From Callorhinchus milii (taxonomy: Eukaryota): 64,000 nucleotides of DNA. The position numbers and the translations under genes were made by a program. The stretch lies in the NCBI RefSeq assembly GCF_018977255.1, contig NW_024704743.1, positions 83,330,001 through 83,394,000 of the forward strand. The letters are read 5' to 3'. The notes below the pieces were generated by a model. That model was not told where the DNA came from and made no database searches. It saw only the letters and a list, made by a program, of their open reading frames with translations. Shown piece by piece: positions 1 through 13,532 of the stretch (position 1 is its first letter; each line of letters starts with the position of its first letter).

Positions 1-85
1 AACTTTTGATACTATTTCCAACTGGGGAATAGCGTAAAAAGGGCAGCATAGTTAATGCAAGGAGTAACTGGTCATTCATTTTGTT

Positions 86-150
86 CAGTGGTGGCCAACA
101 CATGGCCCACGGGCCAGAAATGGCCTGCGGGGCGGTCAAGAAGTGGCCCC
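86..150 (+). mobile_element. hAT (Charlie-like) DNA transposon end fragment
   Basis: cagtggtggccaac...tggcccacgggcc resembles a hAT terminus with subterminal GGCCC motifs; partner end not found. Confidence 0.45.
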
Positions 151-797
151 CCCCAAAGATTCGTACATGTTTAGGTAAGTCCATGTAAGTCTAGAGTGTG
201 CTTTGGAAAACTGCTGGTGTTTAACCAGTGGTAAGGCATTAGAGAAATTCAGGTTAGTTCTTTCTAATGAAGTCACCCTCATTACCATCCTGGCAGTTAC
301 TGAACTTTAAACCCAAATGAGTCTGTTCCGGGACATTCATTACTGTATAAAAATGCACATGACAACAACAAAATGACATTTGTATAGTGCCTTTCACATC
401 AGAGTTTCCTTTCAATAAATAAATGTTTTAATTCAGATACACATTGGAGGGTCTATGGTTTATTATATAAAATAACATTAATGAGTCTGCAGGGCTCCGT
501 AGTACAGCACTATTCAGAGCTTCAGTCAAGGGGTGGCTAAGTCTATATCAAAGGCTTCAACGAGATAAACATTCTCTGTACATTGTAGTTCATTTTTCTT
601 TGTGTCCAACTGAGTAATGCTTCTGGCATCAAAAACTACATGCAATTCACAGTTTTTTTAAATCAGGCTGTCACCGTTGTGCTTTTTTGCCAGGAGATCA
701 TGCAACAGAAGATGAGAGACTCGATGCTTTCTGCACAAGCCAAAGAAATTCAGATCCAGATTTACATGTTTGACTTTAACATTTTTAACTTTAAAAT

Positions 798-1036
798 CAG
801 CTTGGCTCAGTTGATAGTACTCTTGCCGCTGAGTCAGAAGGATGTGGGTTCAAGCCCCATGTCTCACACTGAGACTTTGAGGTGGGGAAGCATTGCATTA
901 TTGGAGAAGCTGTCCTGTGCATGAAAGGTAAACCGAGGTCCTGTCTGGATCTTAAGGATCCCATGCTGCTCTTTGAAAAGACAAAGCAGTTTTGCTCGGT
1001 GTCCTGATCAACAATCCCCCCAAGTAAAATTGGTCA
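798..1036 (+). mobile_element. Deu-domain-type tRNA-SINE, 5' half (split by L2)
   Basis: A box tggctcagttgat, B box gggttcaagccc, central taaaccgaggtcctgtctg...gatcccatg; continues at 4294. Confidence 0.85.
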
Positions 1037-4000
1037 ACAACAACAACAACTTGCACTTATATAGCACCCTCCACGACAGGCGGCATCTCAGAGCACTTAA
1101 CAATGGTGGAGCCCGAGGCCGATCCAGGGGGCGGGGGAAAGTGACCGTAGGCCGTAGGCGACACTGTAGAGTGGAGGCAGTGGGTACTGCTGTGGGAAGA
1201 GAGGAGGTTGGAGAGATGGGGTGCCAAGGAATAGAGGGATTTAAACGCTAGAGTGAGATTTTGAAGTCAATCCGCTCTGTGACAGAGAGCCAGTGGAGTA
1301 ATTGGGGTATGAAGTTTGGTACAGGTGAGAATGTGGGTGGCGGAGTTTTGAATGAGCTGGATTTTGTAAATAATGGAGGAGGGGAGACCAGCGAGGGGGG
1401 TGTTAGAGAAGTCCAGCTGAGAGGTGACAAAGGACATGGACAAGGGTTTCGGCAGCTTTTGGGTTGAGGTATTGTCGGAGACAGGCAATGTGGCAGAGGT
1501 GGAAGGAAGCGGTGCTAGTCAGGGACCAGATGTGGGGGAAGAAGGATAACTGGAAATCGAACCTGACTCCTAGGTTTCGCAGGGGTTCGGAGAGTTTTAA
1601 GGACAGGTCGGGTAGGTTGAGAAGGTCGGAACTGTGGGACAGAAGACGTCGGTGGGAGCCAAAGAGTATGGCTTCCGTCTTGTTGACAATTAACTGCAGG
1701 AAATGTATGCTCATCCAGCACTTGATGTCCGACAGACAAGCTGACAGAACATCAGGGGACTGGGTGTCGCAGCTGGAGGTGGAAAAGTATAGTTGAGTGT
1801 CATCCTCATACATGTGGAAGTTAACCCCGTGTCTGCGGATGAGATCACCGAGAGGGAGCATAAAGATGAGGAAGAGAAGGGGGCCAGGATGGATTCTTGG
1901 GGTACCCTGCAGATGACATGTGGAAGCGTGAAGAAAAGCCACTTGCAAAAATATAGTGCTGGCAGTTTGTAAGGTAGGACTCGAATCAAATGAGTGTCGT
2001 CCCACTGAGGTGGATGATGGAGGACAGGAGGTGGAGAAGAATGGTGTGATCGTCTTTGTCGGACATGGCAGAGAGATCCAGGAGGATGAGGAGACAGAGG
2101 GAGCCCTGGTCACAGATAGAGACCTTTACGAGCGTTGTCTCTGTACTGTGGGCAGGGCGGAAACCGGACTGGAGGGGTTCAGGTAGGGTGTGGAGGGAGA
2201 GGTATGCACAAAGTTGGTTGGCAACAATGCGCTCCAGAGCTTTGGCAAGGAAGGGCAGGTTTGAAATAGGGCAGTAGTAGCTGAGGTTGACCGAGGGGGG
2301 ATCGAGAGGTTGTTTTTTAAGGAGGGGGGTGATGACTGCGGTTTTGAGGGCGAGTAAGACTGATCCTGAGGAGAGAGACTGGTTAATAGTATTTGCAAGC
2401 AGTGTGCAGAGGAGGGGGAGCTGAGTGATCAGCAATTGGATGGGGAGGGGGATAAGGCAGCAGGTGGTGGGTTTCATTGTGGTGATCGTGGATGAGAGAG
2501 AGGAAGGAGAGATGGGGGCAAATGAATGTAGGATGGGGGCTGTGGTAGGAGCTGAAGGTGGGGTGGGTGAAGGAGATGGAACGAGGGTGGGATGGGTGAA
2601 GGAGACAGCATGAGGTAGGCAACATGGGGCAGAGGGATGAAGCTGCCAGGCGGATGCTGTCAATTTTAGAGGTAAGGAAGTCCATGACCTCTTCGCACTT
2701 GGTGTTAGATGTGATGATTGAGGGTGCTTGAGGGGCCACATGGAGTAGGTGGTGGGCCATGGAGAATAAGATTTTGGAGTTATTATTGGCCTCCAGTGTG
2801 ATGTTTGAGTAGTGCAAAGTTTTTGCTTGCGAAAGGGAGCATCAGTAGGTGTGAAGATGCTCGATCCACAGCTGGTGGTGAACCGTGAGTTTGGTTTTCT
2901 GCCACCTACACTCGAGCAACTGGGTTTGGGATATGAGTGTGTTTGGAGACAGTCTTGGATTTCAGGGGGATGAGGGAGTTGAAGGTGGAAGAGAGGCAAT
3001 CATGGAGCAGCTTGATGGCTGCCTCAGGGTCACTGCTGGTGGAAGGCCAGAGGGGTAGGAGGTCTGAGGCTGAGAGGGCCTTTGTGAGGGTCTTGGGCGG
3101 AAAGATATGGTTGAGGTCTTGATCGAGGGGAGAGGGATGCGAGAGGAGAAGGAGATGAGGAAGCGGTCCGAGATGGCTTTGTCTGTGATGCACAGGTTAG
3201 AAATGTCGAGGTCATGTGTGATGACGAGGTCGAGGGGGTAGCCATGGTTGTGGGTCGGCAAGTTGATGTGGAGAGTGAGGTTTAGGGAGGAGAGGAGGGC
3301 AGTGAAATCTGAGGATGTGGTATAAGGGGAGTTTAGGTGGAGGTTGAAGTTGCCCATTATGAGCAGGTGTTCTGAGCAGAGGGACGAGAGCAGAGATATT
3401 GGAGAGGAAGGATCCAGGGGTTTTGAGGGTTGATAAACTAGGAGAATTTTGAGTGAGAGAGAGGAGGGATGGTAGAGGGTGAGGTGCTCAAATGAGGATA
3501 AGGGGATAGACCGAGGGAAGCTTGGGAGATGAGGTCCACCCGCTGCCGCATTGGTTAGGGCCTGGGGTGTGGTGGAAGGTGTAGCCAGGAGGGAAGGCTT
3601 CAACCAGGGGAATGGAGTGACTGGGGGAGAGCCAGGTTTCCGTAAGCCCAAGAATATTAATGTGCTCATCCAGCATGAGGCCGTGAATAGTGAGGGCTTT
3701 ATTGGAGAGGGAGCGGACATTTTGTATGGAAATGCGGATGGGTTTGCTGGTGGGGGCGTACGGAGGAGAGATTAGTATGGAGAGGATTTGGGGTCGTGGG
3801 GGAGAAATGACTTTGGAGTTTGAGGAGCAGGGAGAGTTGGTGAAGAGTTTGGCTGAGGGAGGGGAAAGAGGTGTTTGCCTTTCAGAGGGGACAGTTGGGG
3901 TGGCTGCTCTGGGACAACCAAAGCTGGGAGCCACGATGGGCCAGGCGGAGGATGCCCACTCTGGAGCAGAGGGAGGTAATGGTGGATTCCAGGAGAAAGA

Positions 4001-4293
4001 GAAGGCGGGGAGGGTGATGGGAGAGAAGAATAGGGTGGGAGTAGCAGATAAGGGGTGGGGTAAGAGAAGGAACATTTCCAGGGGGAGCAGCTTGGGTCGG
4101 GCCAGCAGCCAAAACGCGCCTACAAAGACCGGGAGCGAGCAATCAGCGGGACCTCATCAGCCCACAGGCTACAGGTTGGAGAGGGGGTGAGGTGGGATGG
4201 CGGTCATGGCTTAGCTGCCAGAGACCAGGAGGGAAGGAAGGACAAGGTAGCAGAAGGATAATTGTGTGTACCTTCCCTACCCTGGCGGATTTG
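1037..4293 (-). mobile_element. End-to-end decayed L2 (LINE2) retrotransposon, APE endonuclease + RT, frameshifted with internal deletions
   Basis: APE motifs IQNVRSLSNK...ILGLTETWL. RT motifs PISNLPFLAKALER, QSGFRPAHSTET, LLDLSA, HMYEDDTQLY, LRNLGVRFD. (TTG)n tail at 1037-1050. TSD aaattggtca 1027-1036 / aaactggtca 4294-4303. Confidence 0.93.
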
Positions 4294-4450
4294 AAACTGG
4301 TCATTCACTCATAGTTGTTTGCAACATTCCTGTGTGCAAAATTGGCTGCCACGTTTGCCTATAAATTACAGTCACTATACTTTACAATATACCCTGTAAA
4401 GTGCTTCGAGATGTCCTCCTGATACGATAGGCGCTATATCAAATGCAATA
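4294..4450 (+). mobile_element. Deu-type SINE, 3' half
   Basis: tggtcattcac...aaattggctgcc...ggcgctatatcaaatgcaa tail shared with other SINE copies. Confidence 0.85.
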
Positions 4451-5647
4451 ATTATATGCAAGAATATCAAGCATTATTATTTTCTCTTCTGCTGCTCGAT
4501 AAATAATGTTCATCAAAAAGCAGCACAATAGTTCATTGTAACCATGAGGGTGATGTTTGTGGCATTTCTTTGCTGGGTTATGAAACACTGTAAACCTTAC
4601 CCTCAAAAAGACATTTGTTTGTCAACCTGTGTCAGGTTATCACTGTGCAGTGTAGCAATATTGATTGGATTGCCTGAAGTCTGGAGTTTTTGACTTTCCT
4701 GGTGGCGTCCAATCTGTGAGCTTGGAAAAGCATTCTTTGGAAAAACCGTAATGTACACCTGAACAAGCTAAAGGTTGTCTCCTACAGAGAAACGTGAGGC
4801 ACATCATGTTGAACCACAAGAACTTGCTCTGATACGCACTTTCAACAGAACTGAGATCTCGTTGATTAAAGTGAAGTACATACATATGTGCATACATGAA
4901 TACATACATACATGCATGTGTATATCAGGAAGAAGTCTCAAAGCACTTCACAGGATTTTACTATAAAGTGTAGTGATAGTATTCCTAGGCAAATGTGGCA
5001 GCCAATTTGCACAGAGCAATGTCCCACAAACAGCCATGAGGTGAATGACCAATTTTATCTGGGGGTTTGTTGACCAGAACACAAGAAGGAACTCCATTCT
5101 CTTTTCAAGTAGTACCACGTGATCTTTAACGTACACCTGAAGAGGCAAACTGACCTTGGTTTAACTTCTCATTTGAAGGACAGAACCCCTCAGCACTGCA
5201 CTGGAATGCCAGGCGAGTTCAAAGTCCTGACACAGGGCTTGAACCTTCTGACTTTAAGGCAAGCATACTATCAACAGAACTATATTGTTTGATGTTGAAA
5301 TGGGCAAAGATGGGTATTGTGAAAGGGTGTGATCCACATTGGCCAAAGGATGTTATTTATCATATTTCTGACCTCTTGTGTTATCACAGCCTGAACTAAA
5401 GTGAGCGTGAGAAGTGCAATATATTTTCTCCTCCTCCCTCCTCCTTGTGTTCCATGTCCGTATGGTAGTGAGGGTTGACAGCAACAACTCCCACGTAGAC
5501 TGCTCCAATCTCAGCTGCTTTCTCACAGGAAGCACAGAGCAAAGGTAGCTCCACCCAAATAATGTTTTTGATGAACATTATTTATCGAGCAGCAGAAGAG
5601 AAAATAATAATGCTTGATATTCTTGCATATAATCATTGCATTTGATA
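4437..5647. repeat. 83 bp inverted duplication (arms 4437-4519 and 5565-5647)
   Basis: 82/83 identity by direct comparison; 1045 bp spacer. Confidence 0.95.
4930..5280 (-). mobile_element. Deu-type tRNA-SINE
   Basis: Reverse complement of SINE body: ggcagccaatttgcac, tgaccaatttt, gatctttaacgtacacctgaa, gggcttgaacc. Confidence 0.85.
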
Positions 5648-6524
5648 CACACACACACATTTCCCTACTGGTCAGGTGGAGGAAAAGTCAGGTGGACACA
5701 TATTCCAGCAATAGGTTAAAGTATGCCTTTGGCAGGCCATGAGCCAAGTCAATCTTTCAGCCAGTAATGGTGTGCGATGCTGGAAAACTCAAATGCGAGG
5801 AGAAAATAACTAAACTGGGGTGAGCGGAGTGGCAAATTAGAAAATAATCTATTATTTTATCTTTGTTGGTTCGCCCAGAAGATGCATGGGCATAAATATT
5901 ACTACACTTCTCTGGCTCTCGTTTCTGCTCCCCAGTTCTGCACTTCTGCCTCTTTTATAGTGTGATTTTGAGCTTTACTGTTCACTATCCTGCAAATTTA
6001 AAATAGGAGTGAGGTGTGCCTGGACAGCTGTTGAAACGTGTTGTTTTTAATCGTAGCTGCAAGGTCTGAGTAAGTTTAATTATGCTGTAGCTCTGAACAG
6101 ATTTGTTCACTAAGGTCACAGGAACAAATTATCTTAACTTTGGAAGGGAATACTAAGAAACTCTTTTAATGAGCACAATGGCATTTGCACACAGTGCCAG
6201 CATTATCTGCTGATGTCAACATTATTTGATAGGGTGGGAGTCATTTTATATTCTCTGTGCTTGACTCTGTCAGCAAGCACCAGAGTTCAACAGCTCTGAG
6301 GCCAGATACATCCAGAGACGGGAAATGGTACAGACATGAACTCTATTTACTTAGTATTTTTCTGAAGCAAAGCCATTCCCTCATTAAACAGCTAACAAAT
6401 AGTATAACAGTTTAATGGAAGGCCTTGGTGCTGAGCTCCAGAGCACTTGCTATCATCACTGAGAGTGATTAGAACTGGATGTGTGGTATGTGCCGAGTTT
6501 CTTGAGCAGCTGACAAGAAGAAGG

Positions 6525-7065
6525 ACAACCACAAAATTGCATTTGTATAACGCCTTTCACATCGGGAGGATGTCCCAAGGTGCTGGACAGACAGAGTTAT
6601 GGACCCGAGCTGGGGGTCCGGGTGGAGGAGGGTGGACCACAGTGGGGAAAGTAGGGAGATCAAAAGCATGGTCGAAGAGGAGGGTCTTGAGGTGGGTCTT
6701 GAAAATGGCGAGGGAGGGGGTGAGACGAAGGGACTGTGGGATGGAGTTCCAGAGGGTGGAGGCAGAGTAGCGGAAGGCCCGCCCGCCAACAGTGGGGCGA
6801 GCAAGGTGGGGGACGTGAAGCAAGCCGGAGCCCTCTGAGTGGAGTGAGCGAGCAAGGTGGTAGGGGGTTAGGAGGTTGGAGAGGTAGGGGGGAGCAAGAC
6901 CGTGGAGTGCTTTGAAGATGAGGACCAGGATCTTGAACTGTATCCTCTGAGTGATGGGAAGCCAATGGAGTTGGGCAAGGATGGGGATGATAGGGTCGCG
7001 GAGTCTAGTGTGGGAGAGGACACGGCCTGCAGAGTTCTGGATGATCTGTGGAGGGAGGAGTTGGG
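6525..7065 (-). mobile_element. L2 3' fragment (tail type A)
   Basis: LHVPHLARPTVGGRAFRYSASTLWNSIPQSLR...FKTHLKTLLFD; tail ccttgggacatcctcccgatgtgaaaggcg. Confidence 0.9.
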
Positions 7066-8191
7066 AACCATCTTTTATTATCCAGCATATGATATGTGTC
7101 TAATTTTGACTTCTTGGAGTTTCTACCAGTGCAGGCTGCCAGAATTGGGTTTGCTACAATTACTTTTTAAGAGTGTTTTCTGGAATCTCTAAGCACAGTG
7201 ATGATGTTCCAAAAAATAGAGACACAAGTGCAGTAATTCACTTCACATCTGTCTGTTGTTAATATTAACAACAATAGTTGAAGAGAGAAGGGAGGTTTGT
7301 TTTGCTTTTGTTCTTGCCGACAATTCTCCTGATTTATCGATTATTTGCATTGTGGCTCTTTGCATGGACCTTGCTGACACAAATACATGTACAGTACAAC
7401 GTTTGCCTACCAAAACAGTCTATATTTTGTCTCTTTCGTACACCAATAGAGGTTTACAACAGATTTTGAGCTGACAGAAGGACAACATTTAGTCAATACA
7501 ATGTGTTTGAGAATTGACTTGTGACCTAGGACTGGTAGGAAACAAATTTGACTGCTTACCTCGTGCTAGTGAGTTCCTGGCGGCAGTTATGACACAAAAA
7601 CCAAGCAGAGGCCAAGTGCTTCATTATTGAGATGGAACAGAATTTCCTGGACAAGAATCACTATTCCTAAGAAAAAAAATGTGTTGTTGATGATGCCAAT
7701 GAAGGATCCCAGACCTTCTGCTGATGGAAAAAAGACAACGTTATCAATAATTAATGGTAATTTGGAAATCAATTTGATACTTATTACATCTAATGTACTA
7801 CATCTGATGAGCTGATCCCAAAGCCGCTCTCAATAAAATTGCCATGAAGTGGAGTCCGTGGCTTAGTATTTCTGGCTTGAGGCAAATGCCTGCCAGGTAG
7901 CCAGATCATGGACTATATTGAAAACAAACTTCAGAGCAGCCACTATCGTACTAACTGCCAGTCAAAGTCGATTTCATGGACCCAGCTTCCTGATTGTTAA
8001 TTATCACATCAAATGAATGAAAAGCAACCCCTATATTATAATGATAAGTGGCATACCGCAATGACCCACAGACAGCCATGAAGTGAAGGATCAATTTATC
8101 TGGGGGATTGGGAAGGACATTTAGAGAAATGTCCGTTTTTCAAACAGCGTCACGAGATCTTTAACTGCTCCAGAACAGGCTGACTGGACCT

Positions 8192-8838
8192 TGCCAACCA
8201 GGAAGCTTGCAGGAAATTCCTGGTACCTGCTATCTACCTAAAGAGGGCTCAAAATTGTGTTCGTTGGATATCAAATGACCTTCAGGGGGAGGTAAGGGTA
8301 AGGGGGGTCTCCATGGAGCTAAACTGGCTCCAAGGTGATATGGTTGACAAACAGAATGTCAGAATCGAGCCAACCCTCCGTGGTGATCTCGGAGTCCGGT
8401 TTCTGAGCCAGGGTCCACAATATTCTGGCACACTGCTGATGACAGCACAGCCAGCCTGGCTCATTGGTAGGATTTGGAGGGGCAGACCAGACACTGGGGG
8501 CAGGGATTCTTCCCACCATGCTCCTAGCTGGACAAGCAAGGGAAATCTTACCAGACAGTGCTATCAATGGAAAGTTGTGCCATTTTAGCTGGTTTTACTC
8601 CAGCAGTACCACAAAGAACACTCTTAGGTCCCCAAGCCCAATTTTGCAAGTCTGTGCCTAATACTCCCTGGAATTAGGTAAGCAGGATGAATCCCTCCAG
8701 GGAAAGATTGCCCATTCCATTTGAATGCATGTACATTTCCATGTGTAGGTTGGATGCATTGGAACTTTCAGCTTGGTTTGGATACTCTTAAGTATGGTGA
8801 GAGATTTCCACATGTGTCAGACATGCAGCTGACCCAAA
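8192..8838 (-). mobile_element. Unclassified interspersed repeat, inserted in a Deu-type SINE (SINE parts ~8060-8191 and ~8839-8912)
   Basis: Similar to copies at 24150, 29205, 39095 and 49025; the SINE sequence resumes on both sides. Confidence 0.75.
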
Positions 8839-11509
8839 AAAGTCACATTCAAAGGATACCCCCTCAGAATGCAGTGCTTCCCCAGCACTGCACTGGGGTG
8901 CCATCCTGATTACTTTGGAAATGTAGTCACTATTATAATGAAATTCTTAATTTAGTAAAGTACTGTACTGTCTACTGAACAAGCAAAAAGATAATTCTGA
9001 CCTTGATATCGGTTGGGGAAACGTACATATTGAGACACCATAGCAAGATTATGAATGTAATAAAGTTTCCTACACCCGGCATCTGACAAAAAGCAATATG
9101 TGCCATCTTCACTGCAAGCTGTGCTTTGCAATGCACCAAGAAGTTGTCAAATAACTGAATCAAATGCTAAGATTTGAAGATCCTGAGCAGCTACAATTCT
9201 ACACGAGGCTGCAACAATGCTCTGAGCTTAATGTGACAGGTTACATGCTTGTAACTGTCATCCTACCAGGCCTTCTGACTGCCTGGACATGGGGGCTGTT
9301 CACAGTGAAGTGACTAGCCCTCAGAAATGACCCATCCAGAGAAATCTGCCTGTAGCATCAATGCCGCTGAGAGCTCTGCCTAGCAGATGTGACAGAATAT
9401 GTAGACTACAGCTGGATGTTGATGCCAGTCCACAATTATCTTTACCTTCAGATGAGATGCATTGCTATGTATTCTGTGAAGTGCTTTGAGATGTCTCAAA
9501 GATGTGACAAGGCACTATATCAAATGTAAGGATTATTATTATTATACAGGGAGGTGTTCCAGGAAGCAGCTATCCCTTGTCTCAGGGGCTGCTTACCAGG
9601 GAGGAACCTTTGACTTTGATTGCCAACGACCGTCCGTGTGCCAGGCAGCTTCTTTGTGCTTTGGCATTTTTGGACTAACTTGTGACAATCTTTTTCACTA
9701 CAAACACCAGCTTCTGGTTTAAATGAAAGAGGGTCCAGAAGAATGGCTGTCTGGTTGCAGCAACGCTGCAAATTTATCTTCTGGGCACTGCTGTATGTGA
9801 GCACATAATTTTACTTTGCTATACAAATATTGGAGCGATTGTCTTTGCCTAAATTCTGTATTAATTGTGGCATTGCGCGGTTGGCCTGAGGGACCCGTGT
9901 ACAGTTACACATGTGTATGGATATGGTGATATAGAGAGGTCCTTCTCGCTGCTTCTTGTTCACTCACATATCTCTACTCGCGCAGTGACTAGTCTATAGA
10001 GCTTTGTGTGTCCACCTGTCTCCCCCAGAAACATTATGCTGCCCACAGAAAAGGAAGTTCCCTCCTACCAAAGATTTTTACGCAGCTCCCAACGTGGTGA
10101 TGCACGGCCTTGGAATTTTAGGTCCCAGTTGTCTTCTTCCTTCAGGGTGTCTGTCTCACTTGGCTTAGAGACGCTGCCTTGCTTTTGGTCTCGAGTTTGT
10201 AAGAGGCAGAGTTTCAAATGGGTTTGTGGTCAGGAAGGAATTGGTCAGAAATGGCAGCCTCTCCTTGTGCATCCATAGTACAGGCCACGTATTGACTGAA
10301 ATGTCAGCTGCCGTTCTCTTCTCCCTTGCTTTGCTTCCAACCTCACCACTGTACTGCACTTTGAGATATTATCCCTACATGAAAACTGCTATATAAATGG
10401 AAGTTGTTATTGTTGTTTCCAGAACCTTGGAATATTTAGCATGCAAAGACATCAACTGAAGGATGTGACTAATTACTCTCACAGTGGATCCCACTACCTT
10501 AATGCACAGACACTGCAGGGCAGAAAAAGAACATTTGCTTGAATAGTTTTGACATCTCCCTGGTTGACACAGCGAGTCAAACCCAACATGGTTTTTGATT
10601 AGAGAAGTGGCGAGAACAAGGTTGAGGTGCATGGCAGTCAGACACAGAGGCAGATGAACTAAAACTGATTTATGAGCAAATTTCCAGCTTTCTACCCTGG
10701 ATTTCTCAGCTTTTGCTGCACGAACAAAACACAAGTACAAATAATTTGAAAGAATGCTTCTACTCCAGTTTATTGTGGAATTATCCCATGTTAATCCGCT
10801 GAAAACAAATTAAATCCTTGCTAAATTGACTTTAAATCAATAGTTTCATTTAAGAATTGTGAGGCTTTAATAAAAGCAGAAAGAAAAAGTAACTGGTCTC
10901 AGCAATTTAAGAAGAAAATAAATCATTGCCTGGAGTGAGACAGAAGTGACTTGTGTATGGGCCATAGTGTGGGAATGGGAGGCAGCTCGTGGGTGGGGGA
11001 AGGGGAGTTGTCACTTTGCTTTACCAATCACTGCAGGTCCCTTTAATTTAGTAGCTACAATGCTCCATTACTGCCATTATATCAATGACTTACAAGCATT
11101 TCATTTTGCTCTGGAGTGGTATTTTATTAACAATGAATACAGAATTGAATAGCTCAGCAGCACCACAGCAGAGCTCTTGCTCCTTAGCACAGAATTGTAC
11201 TTTTTTTTATATAAAAAAGCTTTAATTGAGATTTAGAGAGATGGAGCTACAGATGTTTTCACAGTTATAGAAATAAAGCATTTAACTCAGTGTGTTTTGT
11301 AAAGCTTGTGAGTTTGATGAAATAGAGAAGAGATGACAGAAGGCACTTTGGATGTAAAAACCTGTACAATTCAGTCTAATTTACGATTCTTAATACATAA
11401 TTATTAAACGCCTAATAATTCCCGATGCGTCTTAAATAATTTTTTAATAGGAAATATGTGAATATCAAATTTCAAAAATGTTATAGAAACCCCCAAATTC
11501 TGATAACAA

Positions 11510-11820
11510 TAATTCTTGCATTTGATATTGTGTCTATAAACATCTCAAAGTGCTTCACAGTAATTACTGTAAGTGTAGTGGTTGTTTTTACACACAAACG
11601 TAGAAGTAAATTCACCTTGTACAGGCCCCACCAACCACTAGGAGGTGAATGATCAACTTATCTGGAGGATTTTTTTAACCAAGGGGAGAAACTCTTTTTG
11701 ACATCTACCTGACCAAACAGATAGGACCTTGGTTTAACGACTCATCAGAAGGACAGCAAGTCCGACATTCCAACATTGTGCTGCAGTGTCAGCCTAGACA
11801 CTGAATCCAAAGTCCAAATT
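11510..11820 (-). mobile_element. Degenerate Deu-type SINE
   Basis: ttcttgcatttgatat tail; ggaccttggtttaacgactcatcagaagga; cagtgtcagcctaga. Confidence 0.75.
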
Positions 11821-12099
11821 ACACGTTCTACAACTCGCATCAGAAAATCATTTCAAGAAATATTAGGGGTTGGAATTGCTAGATTTGCAATTTTCAGCTC
11901 CATAGCAAATACGACCCCATGAAAGTAAGCCCAGTTATAGAATGTGTGTGATATAATGTATTTACATGTCAGGGATGTTATGAAATTAGGTCCATGAAAT
12001 TGTATTCATTTTGTATCAACTGTGATTGTCTTGTGTTTTCTACTTGTGCCATGGTTCTGGTGTACTGAATGAGTCACACCCTGTTTTCAGTAAATTTCA

Positions 12100-12320
12100 C
12101 AAGATAGGTTAAGATGAAGAAGGCCCTTTGAACCATCTGATCTCATCCTTGCAGAATACTCACCATACTGTTCTCTTCATAGCATCAAACTGTTTTTTAA
12201 ATGAGCCCAGTTTCCTAGCCTCAACCATCCTCCCTGGTAGCTTGTGCAGGTCATTAAAGAAATACTTCTCGGTGCTTGTCCTGAAATTTCACTTTGCAAC
12301 CTAAGCACTCTGTAACCAAA
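12100..12320 (-). mobile_element. CR1 LINE 3' end fragment
   Basis: agatgaagaaggcc...tctcatcctt tail, same as 31290 and 41220. Confidence 0.65.
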
Positions 12321-13532
12321 GTTTGGAAGGTCTTATGGCTGTTCCTGATGAACAGGAATGCTGGTTGTGTTTGTGGAGCTCAGTTATTCTACACACAACA
12401 GATTTATCAACAATGATGGGCAACAACAACAATTTATGTAGTGTCTTTCACATCGGAAGGATGTCACTTAGCAAATTCAGTTTTTTCTTCATCATTCTTT
12501 CAAATAATGGGCTCTAATTTGTTGTATTTCTTTACAAGGTGGTGAGGCAGAGGTGAGGATTATTATTATCAATTTGGGTTAGTAACAATACCATTAGGCA
12601 AATGCAGATTCACGATTACCAAGAACAGAAAATGCTTAATGCTGGTGGGCTAAAGATGCCAATTGAACCAATTATTGGAGGAGGGGTATCCAATTAACTT
12701 AATGCAAAGCTGCAATCCCAATTTGTTGCATGGCCCCATTCTGCTGGTGTTCTAAGTCCCACGTGGGCTGGGTCTTAATCTATGATTGAAGTCATCTTTT
12801 TTACTATCTGTCAGGATGTGTCAGAATGAGTGTTCACACCATATCGAATTATGGAGAACCACCATGCACTAAAACTGATGAGTTTTGCCGCCCGTGTTGC
12901 TTGCACTGCTGTCTGTTTAACAAACCTTCTTTGCATAGCATTACACAGTGTTAGTACATTATTCTGAAGGGTCACTTTGAAAATGGATGCAAGTGCAGCA
13001 TTTCCATGGAGAAAGTCATTTCTCTGTCGCCACTCAGGGAAAGCTCCATGTGCATATGTATGATAGGAGGACCCTGAGCATGAAAGAGCACCACATGTGA
13101 CTGAACAATGGAGAAGCAGTTGTAAGCCATGAGTTTGCAACAGGCAATGTGTTGAAAGTTCTGGGCAACCTGGGATTGAAAGACAGCTGCAGAGAGAAGG
13201 TGAAAGCAACACAGGAGGCAGGAGTGAGAGAAATAAATAGCATTTACTTTAAGAGAAATAAACGTGTGAAGTGAATAATATCCATTTGGATTTCGAAGAT
13301 AATATCCATATCAGAGTAGGTATCTCCATTCCAACTTCAGGTATTGAATAAATTCAGAGATAAATACTGTAAGAAAAAGTACAGTTGAGTATGGGTAATG
13401 TGTAAATGCCACAGAATTTCTGTTCAGTAGTGGAACAGTACATGCAAAGGAAAAGAGCAATCAATCAAAGAGAAAAAGCTAATCCAGAACCCTCAGATGT
13501 TGAAGCAAAGGATTTGGGAATATTTGGATTAC

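Noticed and set aside
1403..4190. Long ORFs (236, 337, 252, 195 aa) as host genes
   Set aside because: Frameshifted pieces or antisense frames of the L2 element; YADD is mutated to YEDD.
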